DNA from: Halocafeteria seosinensis
Taxonomy: Eukaryota
Reading direction: 5' to 3'
DNA length: 64,000 nucleotides
Assembly: GCA_001687465.1 (NCBI GenBank)
Contig: LVLI01000098.1
Span: forward strand, 124,001-188,000
Shown here in pieces: positions 50,039-62,635 of the stretch (position 1 is the stretch's first letter; each line of letters starts with the position of its first letter). The notes beneath the pieces were generated by a model, which saw nothing but the letters and a program-made list of their open reading frames with translations, was not told where the DNA came from and searched no databases. The translations under genes and the position numbers were made by a program.

Positions 50039-51230
50039 ATGTCGTGGGGTACGTGAGCTATTGCTCAATTTCATTCATAATAATGGAGCTTTGCTTCATT
50101 TTTCACCGTCTTTCGATACTAAAAAGCGCCGTATCGCATAAAATGATCTTTTACCCTGTATATCATGCGGTCGGATTGTGGATGCAGATGACGATGAGTT
50201 TGATATGGACACCGTTCCCCAGGTGTAAGAGCTCATTTGAACCCCGTTCGGGGTTTATTTGCTTCTTTTACTGTATATTTTCCCGTCCTACAGATACCCT
50301 GGTGGGGCCAATGGTGAGCCACCGTCCAGCTGGGAGGAAGCTGAAGAAGGCATAGATAACCTGGGAATTGGAGGAGCGTCAGCAGCAGCTACCAGCAAAC
50401 CTTCAGAAGGCAAGAAGCAGCCTCAGAGCATGAAGCCCAAGCATGTACGTAGAGAGAACTTTTTTCAGAATTTTTTTGGTTCAGTCGGCAAATGGCGGAA
50501 TGGTTTGCCTGCACGGGGTATGCAGGTAGCGAAAGCGAAACGAGAGGAGTTGCAGAAGAAAGAGAAAGGCGGTAAACTTGACATGGTACGGCATTGGATG
50601 GTGGCATATTTTCTCTTCTGGAATTGTCCATATCTTTGACATTAACAGAATACTCCCTTGGATGATCCTGTGGAGGAGAAGAAGCGCCAAGAATACTTGC
50701 AGCGCCAAAGTGAATTAGAATTAGCTGAGGATACGTTCGGTGCAAATGACGAATCTGTAGAAGTGCCTGAGGATGAAATGACCAAGGCAATCAAAGATAT
50801 TCCCCTATCGAATGCCAACGCATACGAAAGTGCTGCGCGTAAACTGACCGAGAGGTTATTCGATACCGAAACAGATAACAGTCCCGCTGCTAGGCGACAA
50901 GCTGCTCGATCAAAACTAAACGGCATGCGCTTTATCAAGGAGGTATGTGGTCGCGTGACTACTTCTTCCGTATGCTTCCATTGAGAGTGAATTGTTGAGT
51001 GCATGCAGTTGCTTCGGAACTCGGTAGACCACGTGAGCTTACAAGACCTTAACGATATTGCAACAGTGATTAATACTGCCCAAAACGCCAAGATAAAGGC
51101 TGAGAATGACAAGAAGAAGAAAGGCAAGAATAAAGGGAAGAAAAACCCCAACGTGCAAAACGAGCGTGCAGTAATCCAGAATCAAGGGGAAGATGAGTTA
51201 GGTGGCGAGTACGATGACTTCATGATGTGA
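50039..51230 (+). CDS. EIF3J: Translation initiation factor eIF3 subunit J, multi-exon
   Basis: MSWDDDEF, SSWEEAEE, DPVEEKKRQ..SELELAEDTFG, FIKELLR, Lys-rich segment, C-terminal YDDFM. Confidence 0.9.
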
Positions 51231-51343
51231 AGCCTTAGGTACTCCGGTTGACAGCACACTTCGGAAGTAGATTTCGGTACGTCTATACACGTATCACTGT
51301 AGCACGTCTATCGGTACAATTATGGTGAAGTTCATTATTAATA

Positions 51344-53412
51344 CTACTTAAACGAAGGCCCAGTCTTTAGATTGGGGCGAAGCAAATATCTGATGTCGTG
51401 GATACTTTCATTAGAGTTCGTGTTCGTATCCCCAACATACTCTGAGGGCACCGCACTCTGACCAGTGTCAGCGAAATGGTTGATTCTTCCGTCTGTCAGA
51501 TATGCCCGTTTATATACCCCAGTAAAACTTGCTGGACTTGAAAGACGGTCATACACACTGCCAGGACGGTTCGCCTCTCCAGCAACGGTAGGTACGTATT
51601 CTTGAGTACCCAACGTACTGGGACTGCGTACACTCGCGCCTCCACTTTTATTCGACATGTTCGAGTGACTTGGGCGCCGAAGACTGCCGGAGCCATTCAT
51701 ACGAGGCGTAGGCACACCAGCACCACCCAAACTATAAGTTCCACCATGACTTTCTCTTCTTGAAGAAGTGGAGGATTTGACAGAATGATGGCTGCCTGTG
51801 CTACGAAGGCTCTCTCTCCGAGATTGTTCATTCCTTTGCGACCGCATGTAGCGTTCCCGGGCGCGAGCATACTGTTCAAACGCAGCCGAGTTAGGGGAAT
51901 TGAAGGAAGGTGGAGTTGATGGGGCTTTAACGGGCTGATAGTTTAAAGGAGCCCCGTCTGCACTGAACGACCGTCGGTCCGCGTTCGACTTCCCCTCGTG
52001 GGATCTTCGTGGAGTTCCCGGAGGTGGAGGTGAAAGAACTGGGGCCGCCTCTCCTGAAATGATTCCGCCAGTAATACTCGGGCGCTCGAGCGCAGCAAAA
52101 CTAGAGAGTCCGTAACCGTAGCCGTAACTCATATAGTAAGGATCATCATGACGTGTCTCCTCGGTTTTGGAGGCCTCAAACTGCTGTTGTTCGTTTACAC
52201 CCTCAGACTCACTACTATCATCTGAGTATGCCCCAAAACTGAAATCGTGATGTGTACTACTGTTGTTGACATAGTCCTGCGTGAGAGCATGGATGCCTAT
52301 AGCTGCGGGGCAGCTGAAGACGTATCGAGATAGCAAAATACTGAAAGAACTTATAGGCTCCAATTTCGGGAATTTCACTTGAGCCAGAGCCGCTAATGTA
52401 TCCAAAAACTCGCTGTAGCGTAGTCGTCTTGAATTTTTCCGTTTACATTTCGCAAAGATGAGGTCAACTTCCGTAATATTCAACCGCTTGTCCAATAGAT
52501 TGGGACACTCCCGACAGAATTTGGCGAAATTGGCGTTGTCTGTAGAAAGCACGAAATAAGCCACAAGATAAACAGTTACAGAGAAAAATGGAAATGTTAC
52601 TTAAGGAACGACGTACCCATTGTGTCTTCGTCTTCCCCCTTTCCACCAGTCCTACCAAAGCGGCAGTAATACTGAAAAATAAGCTGCAATTGCGAGTCTG
52701 TGTCAAAAGGCTCCTGTGGGAGGCTCCTTAGCATAGCCTCTGCCTCCCTGGTAAAACTTTCTGTTAGGGCCTCCTTTTCTTTCTTGTTGCGGCGAGAAGG
52801 CTTCCTTTTGTCGGCTTGAAGAACCTCTGTAAACACAAGTATGTCACATCATCACGCCACATTGAGTACACTAGCAAGCCATTGGTTATTGCTTACGGGC
52901 CATTCTTTGACTATATTCTTCACTCATTCTCTCTTTCGCTATATCTCGAGACTGCATGCACAAAGCGCACCCGTTCGTTCACCTCGCAGATGTGCCCCAA
53001 TGAAGACGCGTCGATTGCTTACCGACGGTCGTCTCGAATAACGGAGATTCGGTCGAGTAATCTCACTGATGTCCGACACCACAGCTTCACCATATCGATT
53101 CTTCTGCTTCATTCTGCATGGACAAGTAGTGTTGATGATCGGGAAACTTTGGTTGCCCAAGGTGACCTTAACGTACCCCGACCCAGCAACGACGGCATCA
53201 CTGTGCTGATTGATTCCAGGACCACTGCGGAAGCGTTCCTGGTAGACTCCCGTATAGTTAGTCGGATCATGCAGACGATCAAAAACTGAATCCCGTTGCT
53301 TTCTTCGGAAGCTTCGGGAATCGCTATGGACTGAACGTGCCGAAGCAGGTCTTGACGATTCCTGCGGGGGTGGTGGTGGAGGAGAACGCAGTTGTGCGGT
53401 CCGATGTTGCAT
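51344..53412 (-). CDS. TPPP/p25-alpha-like microtubule-binding protein with two partial p25-alpha motifs
   Basis: Core MDNANFAKFCREC..LNITEVDLIFAK..RRLRYSEF; partial motifs VFDRLHDPTNYTGVYQERF (N-terminal) and VYDRLSSPASFTGVYKR (C-terminal). Confidence 0.85.
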
Positions 53413-54732
53413 GACGTTTACTCCTTCAGTCTACTGTAATAATCTTTCGACAATGCACCGTTCCGTATAGTTTTGTAGCCAATCTGCATAACAATAAGGT
53501 CTCAGTTAACGATGGTTCTACGGTCAAGGCTCGTCTTCCCTCCTCCAAGGCTCGATCCCCTCTTGACGGTTAGGGCTGAACGGTGGGAGATTCTACCCTT
53601 GCTCACACTCGATAGACGCCGAAAATACCGACCAACATGTCGTTCAGTTACTCAAAAGAAGATGGATACCTCATTTTAGCCATGAAACGCCGTGTATACC
53701 CCGGGAACGGCAGCATTGAACAACTGGAAAAAGGAAATGCGCGCCATTTTGACGTACCGTTCGCGTACTCTATTTGATCTTTTCTTTCGACTCCACTACC
53801 TAATTTCGAAATAAACACGGAAAATGGGGTTCTTCCTTTAATGTATTCATACAAAGTTTTCTAACCAATGCTCTTTCTTCGGAGGTCAATGAGTCAATGA
53901 CTGTGTTCAACCTCCGTCAATAAGCTGTACGCAACTTCAACTTGTAACGCCAAGGCTCGGAGGTCGACGAACTGATCGTCTAAGGATTAGTAAGGAAGGG
54001 ACATGTGCGGATATCCTCTCACAGCTGCGAGCACATACGTCATAGGGTGCTAGCAGGAAATATTACGCGAACATTGGAGAGGCTTTATGGTACTCACTGA
54101 CAAGAGCCGCAGTGCCTAAGTGTAAGTTCTTCGTGTTATGTAAACATTGAGTGAAGTCCGGTGTGTATTAGTTATAGGCAGCACATGTACGACGCTCGTA
54201 CGGTTTGTTCAACAAAAAATCAGTTGTGTGGGCTATTCAGGAAAGAGAATTATTTCTATGATATGACTATACTTTTGACGAGGTACACCTGTGACGGATT
54301 CTTACTGTGCTGCTGAAGGCACAAGAGGTTCGCTCCGCTGTAACAACATCGACTACGGAGACACAGTCCCTGGCACATACTCTCTTCGCCGTCATATCAG
54401 CTTTTTTCATCTTGGTTCAAATTGAGGGCATATACTGTGGTTGCATTTGTACAAATGCCAACAAATTCCCATGGAAAGTACAACTACAACAAGACGAGAG
54501 CCGGATACTTAGGGATCCGTTGAAGCCAATGGGCGCGCCAGATTTCACACTCCCTTCAAAAATCCCTTTGAATCAAACAACAAAAAAGGTGGTATTGTAT
54601 GAGCGTTGTTTCAGCCGTGCTGCTCCATGGTTGCACCAATACGAGTAGCTGTATGATAAATATTGTGGAATAGATATATTATTGCCCTCCCTTGGTTACG
54701 TAGAAAGCTTGTGACCCGTTGGTCTCATAGAC

Positions 54733-57700
54733 ATGGCTGCCAGAGGAGGTGGCGGTGGCACGAAGCCGACATGGTCCTCCGATGCTGCCCAGTTTCTAAA
54801 GAGTGGCACATGGGCTATGCAACAGCTCTGTGAGCGCCCGAAAGGGTCGGTCACGGATCAAAGAGACAACGCCAATATTCCGGTACCTGATACTGTGAGT
54901 GGAATCGTCGAGCTGAACGCCCGCAAACCCCTCGGAACTGACTTTTCATGGCAATGCAGGTGCTATTGGACGGAAACGGAGAGCCTTGGAAGCGATTCGG
55001 ATATAACTATGGGGAAATGAGGATCTCCACGTCGAACCGACTTGACCGTGTGCACATACAGACTGATTTCTTGAACCAAGTAGCGGCAGATAAACGAAAC
55101 CTGAGTGACGTTGTAGCAATATGTTGGGATCGGCAAGAGAAGATTGATCAACCACAGTTGATGAGCTATACAGTCTCTACAAAGGACACGTTTGCGCATC
55201 AAATGGAGCTACCATTACAGAATAAAGCGGCCATTCAGGTATGGATAAGTTAATAAGAACGCTAGACATTGGGGAGGACGTTATTTCGTTTGTGCACAGA
55301 GCTTTATTCGGCCTGCGGGTGCTGGCTATTTGTATCGAGTGGAGTATACCGTAGAGGATTCGGGAACGGGAAGCTATCGTCTCGGTGTTTTCCGAAGCGA
55401 GAAGCCGTTTCCCGAGAATCAGGAAGGAGGAATGATTCGGTCAACGACGGACTCTGCAGCGATTGGGAAGGCGCTACATCGACAAACAGTGCGAGCGGTC
55501 AACTACATTGAGGTATGTAGGTTCTTCCTTGTAGGAGATTTTGTCTCCTTACCCATGAACTGTTCTCCTACAGGCGTCGTCAGAGCAACGAGTGCTCTAC
55601 GCAGCCATCGATTTCGTGTTCCAGGGAACGGAAGAAACTGTAAGTAGGAATATTGGCTCTTTATATTTTGAGAGCACTTACTTATCTCAAGTCGATTTCC
55701 CTTTCAGTGCACTTTACTATGGATACATTCAGCTGTAGTAGCCCATGGAATATCAATGAAAGTGGCATCAAAACCTCCTGTACAGCAGTTTCTTGGAAGA
55801 GTCCTTATCGCGGATGCAGACTTGCAGGCAGCCACAACAGCAGCTGATGCACTCCGAAATGCGGGGTATGAAGTGACAATCGTGAGCAGTGGAGAGGAGG
55901 CGTTGCAAAAAGTTAACGACTACAACACGCCATATGATGTTGTACTTGTAGAAGATCATCTTCAGGATATTTCTTGCATTGAACTCGCAAGAACTATACG
56001 GATCGCGGAAAGAGACAGTACCACAAGGAAGTTTCGACTACCAATTATTGTCTTTACAGCCACCCCACCTAAGACGATGCAAACACAAAAACCGTACATG
56101 GAAGCGGGAATTGACGGTTACATAGCTAAGCCCTTCGAGAGTCCGCAAGCTCTTCTGACAGTCAGGGCTGCGATACACGGAGAAGGGAAAGCTAAACCAA
56201 AGAAGCAGGCGACGGCCGAGCGCACGAAGACCAAGAAAAAACCGAAGAAGAAGCCCAAACCACTGCCATCAATAGGGCCACCTGTGAGAACCGGAAGCTC
56301 ATCAATGGAGCTGCCGATTGCAGAAGAAAGCGAGGTAAAGGAGGGGGTATTTGAATTGGACGCGGAAACCGCTTTTCCTTATGTTATCATGGGGCAAGAC
56401 GTTCCTGGGGTGAAGATGTCTCACATGGTAGTCGTCCAGGACATTTTTGATACTTGCGAAGTATACAGAATCTTCTTTCAGAAAATCGTATCAAAGTACC
56501 CTGGAGTTCGAGTACTACTGTTTAACTATCCAGGGCAAGCTTTTACTACGTGGAGAGGTGACGAGGATCTTGTCCTGAATAATGAATACCTCGCCGGCTG
56601 CCTTCAAGCTCTTCTGGCTCATTTAGGACAGACTGGGGAGTTTTCACTTTCCCGTGAGCAGGTGTTTTATTTGCTAGGAGTTGGTTACGGGGGAGCAATA
56701 GCTTCGTGCTTTGCATCTGCATATTTGGGTAGCCATCCAATCTGTGGTCTCGTTTTGGTTAACGGTTTTCTGCATGTGACCACTGCGCTTGCTGCCGTAT
56801 TCCATGATTGCATGAAGACGTTCGCTGCAACAGTCCCGGAAAGACCGGACATGCCAGTTTACTACTTCTCAAGGTATTTATTCAGTCCCGATTACCTTGC
56901 CAAAGTGGGAGTTCCGCTTGCACTAAATCTTTACACAGCAGTTCATAACCCAATTACTCTCCAGGGAAGATTTAAACTGTGCAATGGTGCAATTAGGAGT
57001 GTTGATCTTCGAGCAAACTTCGAGACGCTCAATCTGCCCGTTGTATGTGTGGCCTCATCGAAAGACGTATTTGTTCGCCCTGAGCATGTTGAAGCCATAG
57101 TGAATGCCAGAGGAGGCGAAGTACGGAGTATAAAGACTGCGATACAAAGCCGACGTGGGGCATGCGTAGTCTGGATCAGAGCGGGGCACGAACTACTGCA
57201 AGAAGCGCGGAAGCCCCTGTCCAATCTCGTCGAGCAATTGATCACAAACTACCACGTGACCAACGACGTCTCTTTCCTTCCCTTAGCTCCTGATTCTCCA
57301 CCTCCCAATGCGCGTGCCCAAATCACCAATCCAAAAAAGATGAGACCTACTTCGGGTGATGCATCAAAATCGCGAACGTCGAAACAAAGTTCATTCGGAG
57401 AACGATCGGAAAATAAGACTTACGAAGAACGCTTTTTGGACAATGTCATGGGAACTCTGCAAGAGAACGACTACCCAGCTGCACTGGAAGAGCCACCCCC
57501 GGTTCCTTATGACTTGCTTAACAAGGGCTCACTAGATTCTAGTGAAGGCAAACAACAAAGTCGGCAATTTTCATCGACTATGTCGAAAACAAAACGGCCA
57601 AACAAGAAGCAACAAAAGCGATTGACCGCTTCTCTTAATTTGGATCCTGAGGCAGCAGTCTTCGCTAGAAGAGATCACTCTATGCGGCAGACAGATTTTG

Positions 57701-59967
57701 GATTCGCTCCTGAGGTCCGTGAACCTATGCAATGGAGGTTACAGCGAAACAAACAGGCTTATGAGAAACTTGTCAATCATGTTAAGAAAATACAACGATG
57801 TTGGAGATCCTACATTGCTCGTACTCTTGTGGCTCGCATGAGGCAGCAACGGGGAGCTCTAACTCTACAGAAGTGGTGGAGAGGCTGCATGGGACGCATG
57901 AGAGCAGCGCAAAAGCGCCGAGAACACTGGGCTGCCCATGTTATCCAAAGATATTGGAGAGGCTACGCCGGAAGGGAAGTGGCTGCTCGCATGGCCGTCG
58001 AGGGTAAGAGCGCGAAACTGATTCAAAAATGCTGGAGAGGATACAGGGCAAGAACGTTCGTTGCACTCCTAAGGAAAGCTCGTGGTGATGCATCCGTCAA
58101 AATTCAGAGTTTAGTGAGACAACGCCAAGCAATGAAACGCGCCTGGAGGCTCCGTGACATGCATAATGCTTCAACCAATATTCAGCGGGTCTGGCGAGGA
58201 AAACTAGGAAGAGCTCGTGCTCGAAAGGAGCGTGATAAGTACTTGTTCAGCAAGAGTCAAAGCCAAAGTATCGAATTCGGTCGCCAGATGTTAATGGAGC
58301 ACAAACTTCATGGAACGAAACTCCAAAGTGAGGTATCTACACTTACACATGATAAAATAGAGACGGAGGAAGCCATTCAGCAGGTGAATCAAGAGATCAA
58401 CACCTTCCACAATGCTGTGTATAACTTCGAGCGTCAGATGAATGAATTATCAAGCGTAGAAACACGAGAAGGAAGCAACTTGGATGAGGATGCAAAAGCA
58501 CAGTTACGTGTCCAGAAGAACGAGTTGGACCGGAATTTCTCCGCAATGCTGGTGAAAATCGCAGATAGGAAAGAAAAGCTCCAAAATTTGGAAGTTCGGC
58601 TACAAAAGATTGACGCTACTCGCGAAGCGAAACAGAAAGAGCTAAGCGATTTAGAAAGGAAACTTGTAGTACTACTGGAGGAACAGCAGCGGGACTTAAA
58701 GGCAATCAAAGTTCGCCAAGAGCACAAAGGGGAGAGATTGATTGAGGATGCAGTGTCTGCTGTTCAAAAACACTTAAAGCACGGTAATAAGTTGTCCCTG
58801 AAAGATGGTAATGCACCCGAAGGTATTGAGTCAAGCGAAGGCGCCCTCTCAAGTGATGGTGGAGGTGGCGGTGGGGACAGCGGGCCTACGGCCAAACAGC
58901 GAGCTGATGCCAATGCTCTCATGTCAAGTACAGAGACAATGATGAAGTTCGGATTTATGGGCATGTCTTTGACATATTTCTCTTCGCTGAATATGATTCG
59001 CGCAATGAAGCAAGTAGGAACGGCGAACACCCTGCTTTCCAACCCATTGATAGATATGCCGAAAGGAACTGACGGAGACCCGGTTTCTTTCCAACCTCCT
59101 TTGAGGGCTGGTCAAACTGCTGGGCAGGAGAATATCAGCCCCGAATTATGGACAGTTGCTGATGTAGGAGACTGGCTTACAAGTCTACAGTTGAGTCAGT
59201 ACGCTGATGCTTTTGCAGAAGGGGCTGTCGATGGATTCCTTCTGAAAGAGCTCACGGACGAAGAACTGAAGGAGTCTTTGGGTGTTACGCACAATATGCA
59301 CAGGAAGAAGATACTAAGTGCTGTGAGGCGCACTTTCGGAATGGGGGGCGTATCTTCGTCTCCTTCCCGCGCCCACCCAAGCGGATACGAGCAGTCAGTG
59401 CAAGGATTTGAGAGCGCTTCTTCTGCTTCTGTTGGAGGACCCAACAGTCCCCATGTTGGAGGAGGCTCCATGTTCGGGGAAAGAGAGTCTCCCATTAACG
59501 CTATGGGAAGTGTTGAAAGTAGCGTTCACCCAGCTGCTGCTGGTTTGAAATTGGAACCTATGATGCGAAAAATTAAGAACGGCAGAGTCAATGAGGTGCA
59601 AGAAGCGATCTCTGCTTTCCCAGAGGAACCTTTCCCGGAGGAATACGTTTATGATCAATTCAAAGAGGAAGTTGGGACCCAGTACATTGGTTCCATTGAC
59701 GCTCAGCCGTTCCACATCAACAAGGCCGACGACCACGGAAATACCCTCCTGATATGTGCCGCGCAAAATGGTCAAAAGAATATTGCAGCGATATTGCTCT
59801 CCAGAGGTGCTAATCCGAACCATCAAAACGTAGCCGGTAACACGGCGTTACATTTTGCAATGAATTTCGGATATGCGGATGTAGGAGACCTGCTGATCAA
59901 ACATGGCGCTTCATCTACCCTTACTAACGTATACGATTTGACGCCTTACGATGGTATCGGTCCGTAA
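54733..59967 (+). CDS. Predicted 1655-aa multidomain protein: unknown N-domain, pseudo-receiver, alpha/beta-hydrolase fold, 6 IQ, coiled coil, SAM, ankyrin
   Basis: Exons 54733-54882, 54960-55238, 55300-55512, 55574-55639 and 55708-59967 join through four phase-0 GT-AG introns. Domain motifs read directly from the translation. Confidence 0.88.
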
Positions 59968-60352
59968 GTAATAAAGGCACTGTATGTTGTTTTGGTTCGT
60001 GGTGATTGGTATCAACATGACAGTGTTCAAAACACACACTATATCGTGATAACACACTGATAGTTTCTGGAGGCCAACTCCAGTCGGCATCTAACGAATG
60101 GAAACATGCATGTTTCCCCACCTTGTGTCGCGCAAGACCGCGATTGTTGTTGAAAGTATGCTGTATTCACGACCATACCGGTATATGGTATATGGTTGTA
60201 CAATTCCTAGCAGCTAGTTGCTGGCCGCTACGAAACTTCTTTGGAATTGAATTGTTGTTTTGCATCTCCATTCAACCAAATAGATAATTACAACAGATGT
60301 TTCATGTGGTAATAACTTATGCAATTCATAAAAGTGCTGATTTCTTGACGTA

Positions 60353-62622
60353 ATGAGCTCAATGGCGTCTTCCTCCTCCACGGAGGAAGCGAGTGTCTCA
60401 ATGGATTCTCACGAGGATAATGGCGCTTTCGAGCGCCGCTATGGCGCTAATGGAGGCGGCGACAACATGTCTCGTTTATTCCAGGCTTTGGACCAAAGCA
60501 TAGCGAACGTGGAGCAGCAAGAGGGCGAGGAAGAGCAGAGAGAGGAGCCTTCGAGCTCACAGAACGTGGTTCATATACAGGCCGAAAACAGTCTTATTGA
60601 GAAAGATGACGATGTATTTTCTTCGTCATATTATGACAAGCAGAAAGCCAAATATGATGCCCAACCGGCGCAGACAAACTCTCAAACGACAGTGAATGAG
60701 AGCACATCAAAGGCGCCGGCCTCTGGCGAGGAGGCGCCAGAACCTGTAGTTCAGCAAGTCCATTACCATTCTTTACGAGACGATTCCCACGCCACAGGGA
60801 AAGTTCAGGGAACTCAGATTGCCTCCTCTGTCAATACCGAAGACTCCGGAGGAGTTGCCGCGCAAGAGGAGGAAGACGATGAATTCGAGTTCGACCTTGA
60901 CGCACTAGTCCAAGGAGGAACCACCAGCAGTACCACTACTGCAAATAGTACGTCCACGCCAGCACAATCGCAGCAAAAGACGGCAGAAGGCTCGATCAAT
61001 GCGAACCATCCGAGCAAAGACGATGTCCAGGTTTTCTCGAACGAAATTCCCCAGAATAGCACTGATGCTAGTGGAACGAATAGCTCTACAACAGGAGAGA
61101 CCAACACAGCCGGTAAGGATACAGATGATGACAAGGAAAATGAAAAAGCACCTATGGACCCACCCGCCGACATGGAGGATGACGGTGGAGCATCTTCATT
61201 ACGACAGGTACGGGAATCTTACTTCGGGCACAATGACAGTGTGCAGCTCTAGTTGGTGACACCATGCGCATGCGATTCCCGCAGGTAAGGAAGGGACTAG
61301 GCAACTCTGCAGAAGGGGATAAGAAAGGTACAGTAGCTGAGAATATCACTAGCAATATCGATACAGACAACTTTACTTCCGGTAAGTGGTTTTGCACTTA
61401 ACACTTGTGGCATTGTACTCCGTTTCAGCTGATGCTTCTGGGACTTTCAGCCGTTAATGAGCCTTTGACTAGTCTTCCGGAAGCACCTGAGGAAGAAGAA
61501 GAGGAGGAGGAAGAAGAAGACGAATATGAAGAGACGGCCCCAACTGTTAAATCGCAAGAGATGGACAAGGGAAAAGCTACGGAACAAGAAGTGGAGGAGC
61601 AGCAGGATGTGATCGAATTTGGCGAGACGCAGACGACGGAGGGAATTCACTATGAAGAAGCTATAGAATACATGACGAGAAAAGATGTCCTCGCATCTGC
61701 AGGGGATTTATCTCAGGTGCGTCCCTATGAGTGTGTACTTTCTGTAATCAGTCTCCGTGTTCCAGACATGTTGTGGGTGTTCACAGGTCAAACTTCCACC
61801 GGCTCCTCCGAAGCTGAGTTGCCTACCGTTTCTGTGTCGCGGTAGTGCTTTGAGACCCAGTTTACATGAGCAATATTACCAAGTGATGGGACTGTCCAAA
61901 ATGAAATATAGCCCTGTTGACCAGTTCCACAGGAACATCATGCTCTCCGTGTTTTCGAAAGTGACGGAGCGACCACACGCTAATGCAGACTGGACTTTCT
62001 TGGGATTCCAGGTATGGTCCCGAGTAGAAGCTATATGACGTAGGATGGGGTTTTATAAGCCTTGACTGCCCGTATTGCAGAATAGTGACTTTTCCACGGA
62101 TCTTCGGGGAGTCGGCATGTTAGGTCCGCTCCAAATGCTCTGGCTAGCAGAGAACCATCCAGAGCTGTCAAGAGAATGGATGGAAAATCCGACGTGCTCT
62201 GAGGACAGTTATCCGTTTGCCCTTCAATCTCTGAGCATGACATCATACGCGCTACAGGTATGCTAACACACAGTGATCATCTCGTTCGTCCCTGTAGTGG
62301 TATCTATGTTTACTCTACGCAGGCTCTACGAGCAGGTAGGCTCAACGCCCTGTGCAATCGAGCGGGCAACGTGACTCTAGTGGCGAACTGGTACTACGCT
62401 GGACTTTTCAGTGAATTCATCAAAACGTTTAGGCAGAGAAACCTAAGTGAAGAGTATTCTGGAGTCCTAGGCAGAGAAATTGCAGAGAAATGTCAAACTC
62501 GTCCTGAAGGTTAGTGCAGGGTCTTCAGTTTTCGCGAATCGCTGTCAATTGCTTTATTGTTGACGATGCTTACAGAACCTATTAAGGCACTGCACGTACC
62601 TACTAACTGGAAAGCAAGATGA
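60353..62622 (+). CDS. ELMO/CED-12-domain protein (ELMOD-like) with a long acidic N-terminus
   Basis: WTFLGFQ|NSDFSTDLRGVGMLG, YPFALQSLSMT, ALRAGRL, YYAGLF..F. Stop TGA at 62620-62622. Confidence 0.88.
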
Positions 62623-62635
62623 TGAAGGAGTGGTA

